DNA from: a virus
Virus record (IMG/VR): IMGVR_UViG_3300010403_000001
Coordinates: 15,712 to 79,711 of that record
DNA: 64,000 nt
Direction: 5' to 3' (one strand)
A program made the position numbers and the translations under genes. Of this stretch, positions 49,897 to 58,663 are shown piece after piece. The notes beneath the pieces are model-generated. The model saw only the letters and a list, made by a program, of their open reading frames with translations. It had not been told where the DNA came from and did not search any database. The stretch's first letter is position 1, and each line of letters opens with the position of its first letter.

Positions 49897-51749
49897 TCAA
49901 TCACGTTCCTCGGCAGCTTCTCGCTCTTTCACAACCAATGGCATTGCAAACAATAGGAATTTAGCACGTCCTCGTTCTTCTTCTGACTGACTCTCGTCCA
50001 GTGTTTTTTCATGTAGCAATACCCTAAGGCGCTCTGTTCCCCATTGGTCAATGGTTAAATTCTCTAGTTGCTCCAGCAATTTATCCATTTCATGGGACTC
50101 AGGATGCGGGTGATGAAGCGATTTAGTTAGCGCGTCCTGGAATACTTTCCAGAACGGGTTGATTAATTTGCGTTGCTGCCGAAGCAACAGCGCCATCCAG
50201 ATGCAAACTCCTACCTGGCCCAGCATGATAAAGCCAATGATATATATGATTGGAATAGGGAAGGGTGTCATACGATCTCCATTAATATACAGGCATAGTT
50301 AATTTAAATCCACCCTGATGATTTTGAGTGTATCCTTATCTTTCCCGATCGTCACGTACAAGTTTCCCTGTCTCGCTACCTTTTCACCTCGTAAGCTTGC
50401 CCCGACTTTCTTCGCAAACTCAGGGTCCATGTGGATATCCAGTTGGGGATTGTTCGCGTCTTTGACTGCGAATCCGAAAATTTTGTATCCCTCTTCAACT
50501 CTCAGTGTTGGTTTAGGGTCGGTGTGCGCCTGTGTAGCGTCAAACCCGATAAACCGAGCTCTGCCGCTGCCAATGATCTTAAGCGCATAAACGACAGCGA
50601 TAGTCTTGCCCACCTTAATTTTGCCAGCAGGTTCAGCTATTCCTGTTATCCTGCCTTTAGTAGATGGGAACACGAATATGTAGGAGTTCCCTACTTTACT
50701 AATGATCACGCCGTCCTGCATCCGCCAGGATTCAGCGTGTAATGGCAGGATCAACGCGAGGAGTATTACGCATATCCTCATAATGCTTGAACACCACGAT
50801 TGGCACTAAGTATTTCCCATTTGCGGACCAAATCCAAGCGTCTTCCGGTATGTGGTAATCCCAGGCCGCTTCCAGCTCCACGTAATTCGCCATCCATTGA
50901 GCATCCACCAATTTGAACCCTTCCGGCACAACGGGTTCCTGCTTTGGTTTCTTTTCTGCCTTTCGTTTGTTCGATGGGTGGGAACGATGTTTGACCTTTT
51001 GAACTACTTTTGGTTTGGATTTCTTTTTGAAAAGATTCCAAAGTGAGTCTGCCCCCATTGAAGTGCTGGAAAACACCAGCCACAGCAATAGGATTAATAC
51101 CCTCATTTTTTACCACTCTTTAACTCCTCAACATCTTTAGTAAGCCGCCTGTTCTCTGATTCCATAACATCGAAGTGCGCTGTCTCCTGCTCCACGCGAC
51201 CAACTCGCGCCATCGCTTCACCAAGTTCTTTCGTGAGTTGGATGGCAGCGCTCTTTGCTGTTGTAGCGCGTTCATCAATTCCCTTTTGGGATGCCTCCAG
51301 AGAGTTAAGACGTTTGTCGTGACCTTCAAATCGCTCTGAGTATTTTCCCCAGCCGAACGCGAATATACACAGCCAGCAGATGAACGCGAATGCTTGTCCG
51401 AGCAAGAATACAAACAGGTTGCTTTTAAGAAAACCATTCCGCTTTACAGCAGTCCCATTAGCTTCATTTGCCATGTCAGCGTCAGTGGGCGGCGCTCATT
51501 TCTTGTTCTCTAATCTGATAACCGCGTCATGGGTTTCTCTGATCTGACGACACTCCGCAACCAGTAAGGCAGGAATGAATCCCGCGATAACAGTTGTAGC
51601 GATCTGTATGATGATTTTAGTCATCTTTGTTCTGGGGTATCGCCATTCTTGTTGAGAATCTTTAATATGTCTTTCTGCGTATTATGTATTCTGCCAAGCA
51701 TTCCCCAGGTCCATACCAGGGCCAAGGCTATGATAATGTATAATGTCAT
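49897..51749 (-). other. Six small membrane/secreted protein genes (49897-50271, 50299-50781, 50732-51106, 51103-51474, 51496-51624, 51621-51749)
   Basis: Each has an N-terminal hydrophobic helix; the two 42-aa ORFs were translated manually. Confidence 0.6.
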
Positions 51750-51757
51750 GTTTCCTC

Positions 51758-54700
51758 CTACGGTTGAATGTTGAAAATATTCCGAATGTCTTTCACCACA
51801 ATCTTGATTGTTGAGGTCACCGACTGTGCAACTATTTCGATTACCTGCTGAACAGATTCGAGACTGATTCGGATAATCGCCGGGAGCCTGGCTGCCAGGA
51901 ATCCTGAGAAATCCAGGGTGGATTCAAGTGTGATAGTAAACGCACTCGGGACAAATGCGGTAAAGTCTCCAATGAAAGAGATAACCCCTTCCAGCAATCG
52001 CTGTGTTGATTTAATGAGTAAACCCTCAAACCCGATAGATGCTGTGAGCATCTTACCAAATACCGATGACATCTGACCAACAAACGAGAGAGACCCCGTT
52101 AAAGCCAGGACCGATCTGCGCAGCAAAGTACCTGTCACTGATAGGATGCCTGCTAGTTCAACCGGTATACGTTTTACTGTGGCTCCTGCAAAGGATACCA
52201 CCGCCGCCATTGATTTACTTATATGTTTAGTGATCGCTCCCGAGAATCCCAACGTGCCGGTGAGCAGTCTTCCGAACACATTCCTGGTGGTGAGTGAACT
52301 AATGAATGAGATGGCAGCCGTGAGCACTCGCGGCAGTCTCTTCAGCATGGTTCCAACGAAACTCAGGGTAGAAGCGAGATGGTAGCTGATATTGCGACTT
52401 AATGTTCCGGAAAAATCCAGGCTGGCGTTTAATGATTGGAAGAAATGTCCGGCCGTTGCCATATCCAGAGCTCCAACGAAGCTCAGGATACTGTTGAGGT
52501 GATACGAGGTGTATTTTGAAATTGCACCGGCAAAGGTTACCGCCCCCGATAGAGCCTTTGCCGGGATCTTGGTCAGCGTGCCGATAAACGATACTGCTGC
52601 CGAGAAAGTCTTAGCGCATTGCTTAAGGAAAGCCCCAACAAATGATAGAGTGCCAGTCTTTGTGGTCGTGGTTCTTTTGGTTTGAGCCCCAATAAAGCTC
52701 AGCGTTGCTGCCAGTGTGGATCGTATCGATCGTATCAGCGTACCGACGTACGACACGCTGGCAGTTAACGCCTTGTTTGTGCTCTTGCTGATTAAACTTA
52801 TGAACGACAACGCTGCGGTCATCGAATGCAAGGTCCGCTTACTCATTGTGCCAGCAAAAGACAGTGTCCCGGTAAGGAGGCTGGCGAAGACCGAACCGGT
52901 GACAATCGATCCGATAAATGATAGAACGGCCGTCATTGTCCGTAGCGTGGATTTGGTTAATACGCCGGAGAATGAGGAACTGGCAGACATCCCGTGGGTC
53001 GAGGATTTGGTTTGCGCTCCAGTGAAGGGCAGGCTTCCAGCGAGAAACTTACCTGCTCGTTTCGTTATTGCCCCGACGAAAGACAGCGTGGCTACCAGAG
53101 TCGTGCGGCCGGCCTTGGATAGCGATCCAATGAACGACAATGTTCCGGTTTTGGTCGTACTGGTTCTTTTTGTGGCGGCCCCAATAAATGACAGTGTTCC
53201 GGTAGCAGAATGACCAATGATTTTGATGAACGAACCGATAAATGAAACCGTTGCACTCAGGTGGTACGACGTGCTTTTAACTATATTCCCGCTGAATGAG
53301 AGAGTGCCGTTTACAGCCTGGAAAAAGAGCTGGCCTACTTTTGTAGGCGTCAGATTCCCGATAAATGATAGCGTTGCGGCTAACGTTCGACTTGTTGTTT
53401 TTAACAATGAACCAACGAAAGATACAACGCCACTGAGGCTTTTTAATGTCTTTTTTATCAACACGGACGTTGAGAAATTGGATAGCGGCAAACCTGCACC
53501 ACTATTGTAGAGTGCAGTGATTTCTGCTGCAGTTGGTTTGTGCTTCCAGAATCCTACTTCATCAATAAGTCCGGTGAAGCCTGCAAAACCATCGCTCCTA
53601 CACCCTATCGCAAAGTTCACCGTAGTCTGCACCAATGATGCGGTCATGCTGCTGACGTAGGTTGTCGCGTCATTGATCCGCATCCGCATTTTCTGATCGG
53701 AGCTGTCGTACCACGCCACGATGTGAGATAATGTACCATTCGGTACTGTCGAGCCTACGGCTACAGCGTAGAGTGTCGGATCATTGACACCGAACACGAA
53801 TCCCGACACGTTGTGGTAATACAATCCGTAGTCGTGGTTAGACGAGCCACCCTCTTTGGCAATGATGTATCCAGAAGCTATAACCTGCTGATCCACACGT
53901 GCCCACACAGAAAAGAAGAAATCGCCTGTGACCTGCAATGAAGCGTTGCTGGCACAGAATACAGCTTGCGGCCCGCCCCCATCGACAATAAGCCCGTTGT
54001 TGATAACTCCCGACGCACTGGTTGGGTTGTTACCAGAAGCGGTAAGATTGTTTGCACCGTAGCTATCTACGCGATCACTGCTGGAAACGGTTTCATCCAG
54101 CTTCCAGTAACTTATCAGGTTGGTAGTGGTGGCATTGGCTATTTCAAGTCTAATAATTCCAGTAAACAATTTCCTTGCCGATTTAGTAAATGCTCCAACA
54201 AAGGATACTGCAGCAGTGCGGATCGTACTGGTACGTTTAATAAGATTGCCAACAAATGACAGAGCTACAGACAGAATAGTGAATGTTTTTTTGCTTTGTG
54301 TTCCAACAAATGATAAAGCTCCAGTAAGCAATTTGGTATTACCCCCAGGAGTGAATACTGTGGATAAATTCCCAATGAACGATAGAGCTGCAGTTAAAGC
54401 CTTTAGTGTTTGGCGAATAAAGGTGATCGGAATGGTATAAATGTAAAACGCAAGGTCATTACCCGACTCGGCAGTCCAGACACTACTAGAAAAATACGAT
54501 AAATTACCGCCATGAGTTGGGGAGGAGTTATCATACCAAACTTCTACGTAATTGCTGGCATCCCCTCCACTATACTCTACCGCTATACAATAGTCCCCAG
54601 GAACCATGGTGTATTGGTTCACTCCGGAGAACGTAAACGTTATTAAACTCGTAGAACCAGAGGGAAGCGTAGTAACATCGACGTTATCGGAAGTAGCAAG

Positions 54701-56128
54701 AGCAGAACCAGTAGGCTTTCCGGTAGTGCCAGAACTACCCGTGATCGCATATAATTTTGCAACCACATTTCCGGTAGGAGATCCTGCTCTATCTAAATAA
54801 AATTTACAACTTGCCAGGACACTGGACACGGCGGTGAACGATTGAGCAACGCTCGTAATACTGCCGGAATATACTTGGTATACCGTGTTGGCGTTAACTT
54901 CAGAATAACTATCTAACAAAGAAGTAGGATTAAATCCCAGAGATGATGACAACGATTGACGTAATACAATAACAATACTATTGACTTTATTTCCCAGTAA
55001 TGTGGTTCCAACTCTCCAACCAACGTAAAATCGTCTCCCAGTTAATGGGGTCCAAGCTTGAAGATTAGCGCTTGTCGCTCCTTCCTGATAGGCTGTGTCT
55101 CCAGAAGTCCAAGTAGTTCCTCCGTCGGTAGACTTAGTATAATAGATCTTGGTGGTTGTGCCCAGAACCTCTGATCCATCTCGTTTGCCGTTATAAGCTA
55201 CGTAGATATCATCAGTAACTGGATTGATAAATACCTGGGGATTGTAATTATCATCGATATTTGTTGTTATATTGGTCTTTGCTGTAATACCAGTAAGACT
55301 TCCAGCATTAACAGCAGTAACCACCCAGCATTGCATATCAGCCGTGGCAGTATCTCTTTCTGAACAAGAAACGAAAACCAAAGCACCGTCGCTATTGCGG
55401 ATCGATCCAGAGAATGGATATTGATAAGCCGTAAGATCAGTTCCAACCGCTGCGATTGTTTGCACGGTTGAGGATTCCACCTGCGCCGCAGCGCTGGAAT
55501 CCCACATTTTCATTGTCAGCGCAGTCGCACTGGAATCATGATAAATTGCCCAAATATCATTATTATCTCCTGTGCCGGTAGCTGGATATAGTATGGCGTG
55601 ATCTGGGTTTGCTTCCCAGAATGTCGCAGAAAGCGCAGCACTCCAATTCGAACCATCATCGGTAGATCTTCCAAAATATTGTTCGTTACTGGCATCGATG
55701 GCGGCGACGATGTATATGTAACCTGACCGTGAATGAGTCAGTGAGCAAAAACAGTTTACTCCAGCGACTGCCGATGTAAGACTCGCAACTCCAATTGCAG
55801 CACCGACAAATGTATTTCCGACCGGATCAAACCTTCTATATAAAATCTGATCGTTCGTGGAATCAAACCAACACAGATCAATTCGCTCTGTTGTAATTCC
55901 AGGAGTCCATGGGAGATACCATACGTCAAACGCGATATTGGTGGTCGCTGATGCGATTGTTACAGCTGCGCCCCAGGTAGCACCACCATCTGTTGTTCTT
56001 GAATAAACAAATGTGCCACCACTATCAATATAGAACCAATATCCTGAAGAGGCAGTATTAAACACCACGGACCTAATACCACGAGCCGTGGATGTGCTGA
56101 TTGAAGCATCAATGCTTACATCAGCCAT
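51758..56128 (-). CDS. Large virion adhesin/fibre: Asp-box propeller + LamG domain + 18-aa repeats
   Basis: RTTDGGATW/RSTDDGSNW/KSTDGGTTW; YWKLDE..GLIDEVGFW; LSF[IV]G repeats; SD GGAGG. Confidence 0.8.
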   Translation of the reverse strand: MADVSIDASISTSTARGIRSVVFNTASSGYWFYIDSGGTFVYSRTTDGGATWGAAVTIASATTNIAFDVWYLPWTPGITTERIDLCWFDSTNDQILYRRFDPVGNTFVGAAIGVASLTSAVAGVNCFCSLTHSRSGYIYIVAAIDASNEQYFGRSTDDGSNWSAALSATFWEANPDHAILYPATGTGDNNDIWAIYHDSSATALTMKMWDSSAAAQVESSTVQTIAAVGTDLTAYQYPFSGSIRNSDGALVFVSCSERDTATADMQCWVVTAVNAGSLTGITAKTNITTNIDDNYNPQVFINPVTDDIYVAYNGKRDGSEVLGTTTKIYYTKSTDGGTTWTSGDTAYQEGATSANLQAWTPLTGRRFYVGWRVGTTLLGNKVNSIVIVLRQSLSSSLGFNPTSLLDSYSEVNANTVYQVYSGSITSVAQSFTAVSSVLASCKFYLDRAGSPTGNVVAKLYAITGSSGTTGKPTGSALATSDNVDVTTLPSGSTSLITFTFSGVNQYTMVPGDYCIAVEYSGGDASNYVEVWYDNSSPTHGGNLSYFSSSVWTAESGNDLAFYIYTIPITFIRQTLKALTAALSFIGNLSTVFTPGGNTKLLTGALSFVGTQSKKTFTILSVALSFVGNLIKRTSTIRTAAVSFVGAFTKSARKLFTGIIRLEIANATTTNLISYWKLDETVSSSDRVDSYGANNLTASGNNPTSASGVINNGLIVDGGGPQAVFCASNASLQVTGDFFFSVWARVDQQVIASGYIIAKEGGSSNHDYGLYYHNVSGFVFGVNDPTLYAVAVGSTVPNGTLSHIVAWYDSSDQKMRMRINDATTYVSSMTASLVQTTVNFAIGCRSDGFAGFTGLIDEVGFWKHKPTAAEITALYNSGAGLPLSNFSTSVLIKKTLKSLSGVVSFVGSLLKTTSRTLAATLSFIGNLTPTKVGQLFFQAVNGTLSFSGNIVKSTSYHLSATVSFIGSFIKIIGHSATGTLSFIGAATKRTSTTKTGTLSFIGSLSKAGRTTLVATLSFVGAITKRAGKFLAGSLPFTGAQTKSSTHGMSASSSFSGVLTKSTLRTMTAVLSFIGSIVTGSVFASLLTGTLSFAGTMSKRTLHSMTAALSFISLISKSTNKALTASVSYVGTLIRSIRSTLAATLSFIGAQTKRTTTTKTGTLSFVGAFLKQCAKTFSAAVSFIGTLTKIPAKALSGAVTFAGAISKYTSYHLNSILSFVGALDMATAGHFFQSLNASLDFSGTLSRNISYHLASTLSFVGTMLKRLPRVLTAAISFISSLTTRNVFGRLLTGTLGFSGAITKHISKSMAAVVSFAGATVKRIPVELAGILSVTGTLLRRSVLALTGSLSFVGQMSSVFGKMLTASIGFEGLLIKSTQRLLEGVISFIGDFTAFVPSAFTITLESTLDFSGFLAARLPAIIRISLESVQQVIEIVAQSVTSTIKIVVKDIRNIFNIQP

Positions 56129-56228
56129 TTATCCTCCTTTATCCCAAGAGGACAGATTGAAATTTGCTGCCCTGGGTCAGCTACAGACCTAATTGTGGTG
56201 AAATATGTGAATCTCGGATACACATATT

Positions 56229-57083
56229 TTATCCACCAGAGCTGACCGTCAACTGATAGGTGAATTGAATTGAATCGCCGTTACCAACGTTGATCGCGGA
56301 GAATACTTTGTGATCCCACATGATGGGTCGAAGCGTATAAGTTTCGGTATTACCAGGGGTCGAGCCGGCAGTATGAGCTGCCACAGTAAACCAGCCGGTC
56401 GAACCGTTGTTGGCCAGGGTTGCAACCGAAGTGGTGTTCGACTGGATATGACCCATCACGGTGGTCGTGCCTGGGATTACAACCTGTTGCTGCAAGCCTT
56501 GAACGGTCGTGGATGAGGCCGTAAATGGCGTGGCGGTTGCAGTAAACGTGGTTGCTGTTGCGGCCGTAAATGGACTTCCTGTCGTAGTCGACATGGTCGC
56601 GTGCGTGAATAGACCCCACTCTGTAACGGCCTCAGTGCCCGTGTACGCGATCGTAGCGACGGTCTGGTACTTGGGCACTGCCATCGTATTAATCCAGCTT
56701 TTAGTGCCAGCTACGGCCGTCTGGCCGCCATTTGTGGAGATGGTCTGGATCTTGTGGTCCAAAGCACTGGCTGCAGTGGCACCCGTTCCGCTAATATGCT
56801 GGTTGGACAAATATAGAACGTGAACCGGGGCAGCACTCACGCCTGCCAATACTACAGCTTCGTTGGCCAGCGCTGTTGCGCCAACGTCAGTGACTAATCC
56901 AGGTCCAAGATCTCTGGTCCCTTGATATTTGCCTTTTTGAAATAGTGATGCGGTTAGATTGGTTCCCCATTGTAATCCTCCAGGGAATCGCATGCCTTCA
57001 TTGTATCGATCGAAGGTGACCGCAATTCGACCAAATGGCCAGATGTTGAATACTTTGTACTTGGGGGTATGAATATTAATCAT
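56229..57083 (-). CDS. Virion structural protein (tail fibre/collar-like)
   Basis: GLVTDVG..., VTEWGLF, VFSAINV..GDSIQFTYQLT. Confidence 0.65.
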   Translation of the reverse strand: MINIHTPKYKVFNIWPFGRIAVTFDRYNEGMRFPGGLQWGTNLTASLFQKGKYQGTRDLGPGLVTDVGATALANEAVVLAGVSAAPVHVLYLSNQHISGTGATAASALDHKIQTISTNGGQTAVAGTKSWINTMAVPKYQTVATIAYTGTEAVTEWGLFTHATMSTTTGSPFTAATATTFTATATPFTASSTTVQGLQQQVVIPGTTTVMGHIQSNTTSVATLANNGSTGWFTVAAHTAGSTPGNTETYTLRPIMWDHKVFSAINVGNGDSIQFTYQLTVSSGG

Positions 57084-57193
57084 TTGATGAACAGGTTAAA
57101 CAGCCGTTTCCACCAGGGCTTATGGTTGGGTCCGCGTATGACGCGGGCTTTCAGCTTCCCACCAAAGCCACAATTAGATATAACGGCTGGCAT
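57080..57193 (-). CDS. 37-aa ORF MPAVISNCGFGGKLKARVIRGPNHKPWWKRLFNLFIK
   Basis: ATG 15 nt after TTGACA; ATGA overlap with the next gene. Confidence 0.5.
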   Translation of the reverse strand: MPAVISNCGFGGKLKARVIRGPNHKPWWKRLFNLFIK

Positions 57194-57218
57194 TAGCCAA
57201 AGCCGCATTGTCAACAGA

Positions 57219-57584
57219 CTATTCCGGCGGAACGCCCTGGGTAATCTTGGATTTGATTATAAAGCTGCCTCGAATGTAGGGACCGTGTCGATCGCCAGTC
57301 GGATCTTCCATGGTGAAGTCCCATTTGTTTTTGCCATCAGTGAGAGTGATGGTGACCTCATCCGCAACTTCAGGAATAGTTACCTCACCGATTACTGCAT
57401 TGGAAATGAACGGGGCGAGGTTCAGAATGAGAGTGTCATCCGGCTGAGCTCTTACTTCGGACCACGGCGTCCATCCAGTGATGTCTTTCGGGATGGTGAG
57501 CTCGTCATCTTCGAAGCAGTAAACCAGGAACGAATCAAATGTAATGCCACGATAAAGGGTGAGGTTATGAACAACAGTGGTCAT
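57219..57584 (-). CDS. Small beta-sandwich tail/baseplate adaptor
   Basis: L.LYRG.TF..DITGWT..SEVR..G.VTI..WD...G.F pattern. Confidence 0.65.
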   Translation of the reverse strand: MTTVVHNLTLYRGITFDSFLVYCFEDDELTIPKDITGWTPWSEVRAQPDDTLILNLAPFISNAVIGEVTIPEVADEVTITLTDGKNKWDFTMEDPTGDRHGPYIRGSFIIKSKITQGVPPE

Positions 57585-58663
57585 TTCTTTGACGGCATTC
57601 TGTCAAGGGTGATCCGGCCGTCATTAGCATTGGAGAATTGTTCGCCGTTGGCTTGCTGATACCAGGGACGGAATTCCATCCTGAGATGTCCGACCGTTTC
57701 AGCATCCTTGGATTCATGATATGCCTGGCAGAGGATGAACTTCCCTTTCTTTTTACGATCCCTGATTACATGATCACATGGGGAATGCGGAATCACATTG
57801 ATTTTAAGTCCATTACGATACCATCTCTTCCAAACGATGTAGAGATCCTCGGTGCCCCCGCCATCGTAGCCATCGAACTGGGCAAGCGATAAGGCGTGCT
57901 TGTTCATCAGCGTGCACCCGAATCCGCACCAGTCAGTTGGAACCACAGCACCGATCCCTATCTCTGGATATGCTGCCTGCATCCATCCACGCCGACGGAA
58001 TTGTTTGGCGTTGCAAAAGAATACATTCCCAATCGGCTTACATTTCTGAACTTCATTTGAGATTGCTTTATGTTCATCCAGCCATTGCTTGGTCGCTCTC
58101 CCGTTTAATTTCTTTAATTGCCCAGTATGTTTATCCATCCGCTTTTTCAAATCATCCGGAATCTCCCGCTCATCATCATAGAAGTCTGGAAGAATTGGTC
58201 TCTCTGGGGTACCTCGTCCACCGAGAAATGCTCCACCGCCCTGACTGGGATACGGGCATGTGGATACTGAATAATATCCATCATCGAATTCCAGCATCTG
58301 CTGCATCACCCGCAGGGCATTAGCCTGGGGAAGCACATCACTATCCAGGCTCCAGCATTGGTTCACCTGTAGTTGCCTGGATCGGTCAAACCCAATCGAG
58401 CGCATTCTGGCAATTGTAAGCTGGGCCGGGTTTTTATAGTTCTGTAATCCATCTTTGAACCTGTCCTGTATCATTTCCACTGACCAGGTTACTGGCAGGA
58501 TCGAGGTGTAGAAATTCTTAGCCCGCAAGATTTCCCCGGAGGCATCGCCAACAAGAATGATAACGCCCTCCGGCTCTCTACCTATACAGGCAACCACCCT
58601 TCTGGCTTGTGCCAGTAAGGCATAGGAATACGATTTAGTGGAGCAAATGACTATTGAGATCAT
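57581..58663 (-). CDS. GT-A fold glycosyltransferase (family 2-like)
   Basis: ISIVI start, LDSDVLP (DxD), WCGFGCTL, TEDLY, CDH. Confidence 0.8.
   Translation of the reverse strand: MISIVICSTKSYSYALLAQARRVVACIGREPEGVIILVGDASGEILRAKNFYTSILPVTWSVEMIQDRFKDGLQNYKNPAQLTIARMRSIGFDRSRQLQVNQCWSLDSDVLPQANALRVMQQMLEFDDGYYSVSTCPYPSQGGGAFLGGRGTPERPILPDFYDDEREIPDDLKKRMDKHTGQLKKLNGRATKQWLDEHKAISNEVQKCKPIGNVFFCNAKQFRRRGWMQAAYPEIGIGAVVPTDWCGFGCTLMNKHALSLAQFDGYDGGGTEDLYIVWKRWYRNGLKINVIPHSPCDHVIRDRKKKGKFILCQAYHESKDAETVGHLRMEFRPWYQQANGEQFSNANDGRITLDRMPSKK

Noticed and set aside
51758-54460. LSFIG repeats as a DNA tandem repeat or array
   Set aside because: Periodicity is at protein level only; codons are diverged
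57069-57659. 196-aa plus-strand ORF
   Set aside because: Antisense to coupled tail-operon genes; no recognisable features
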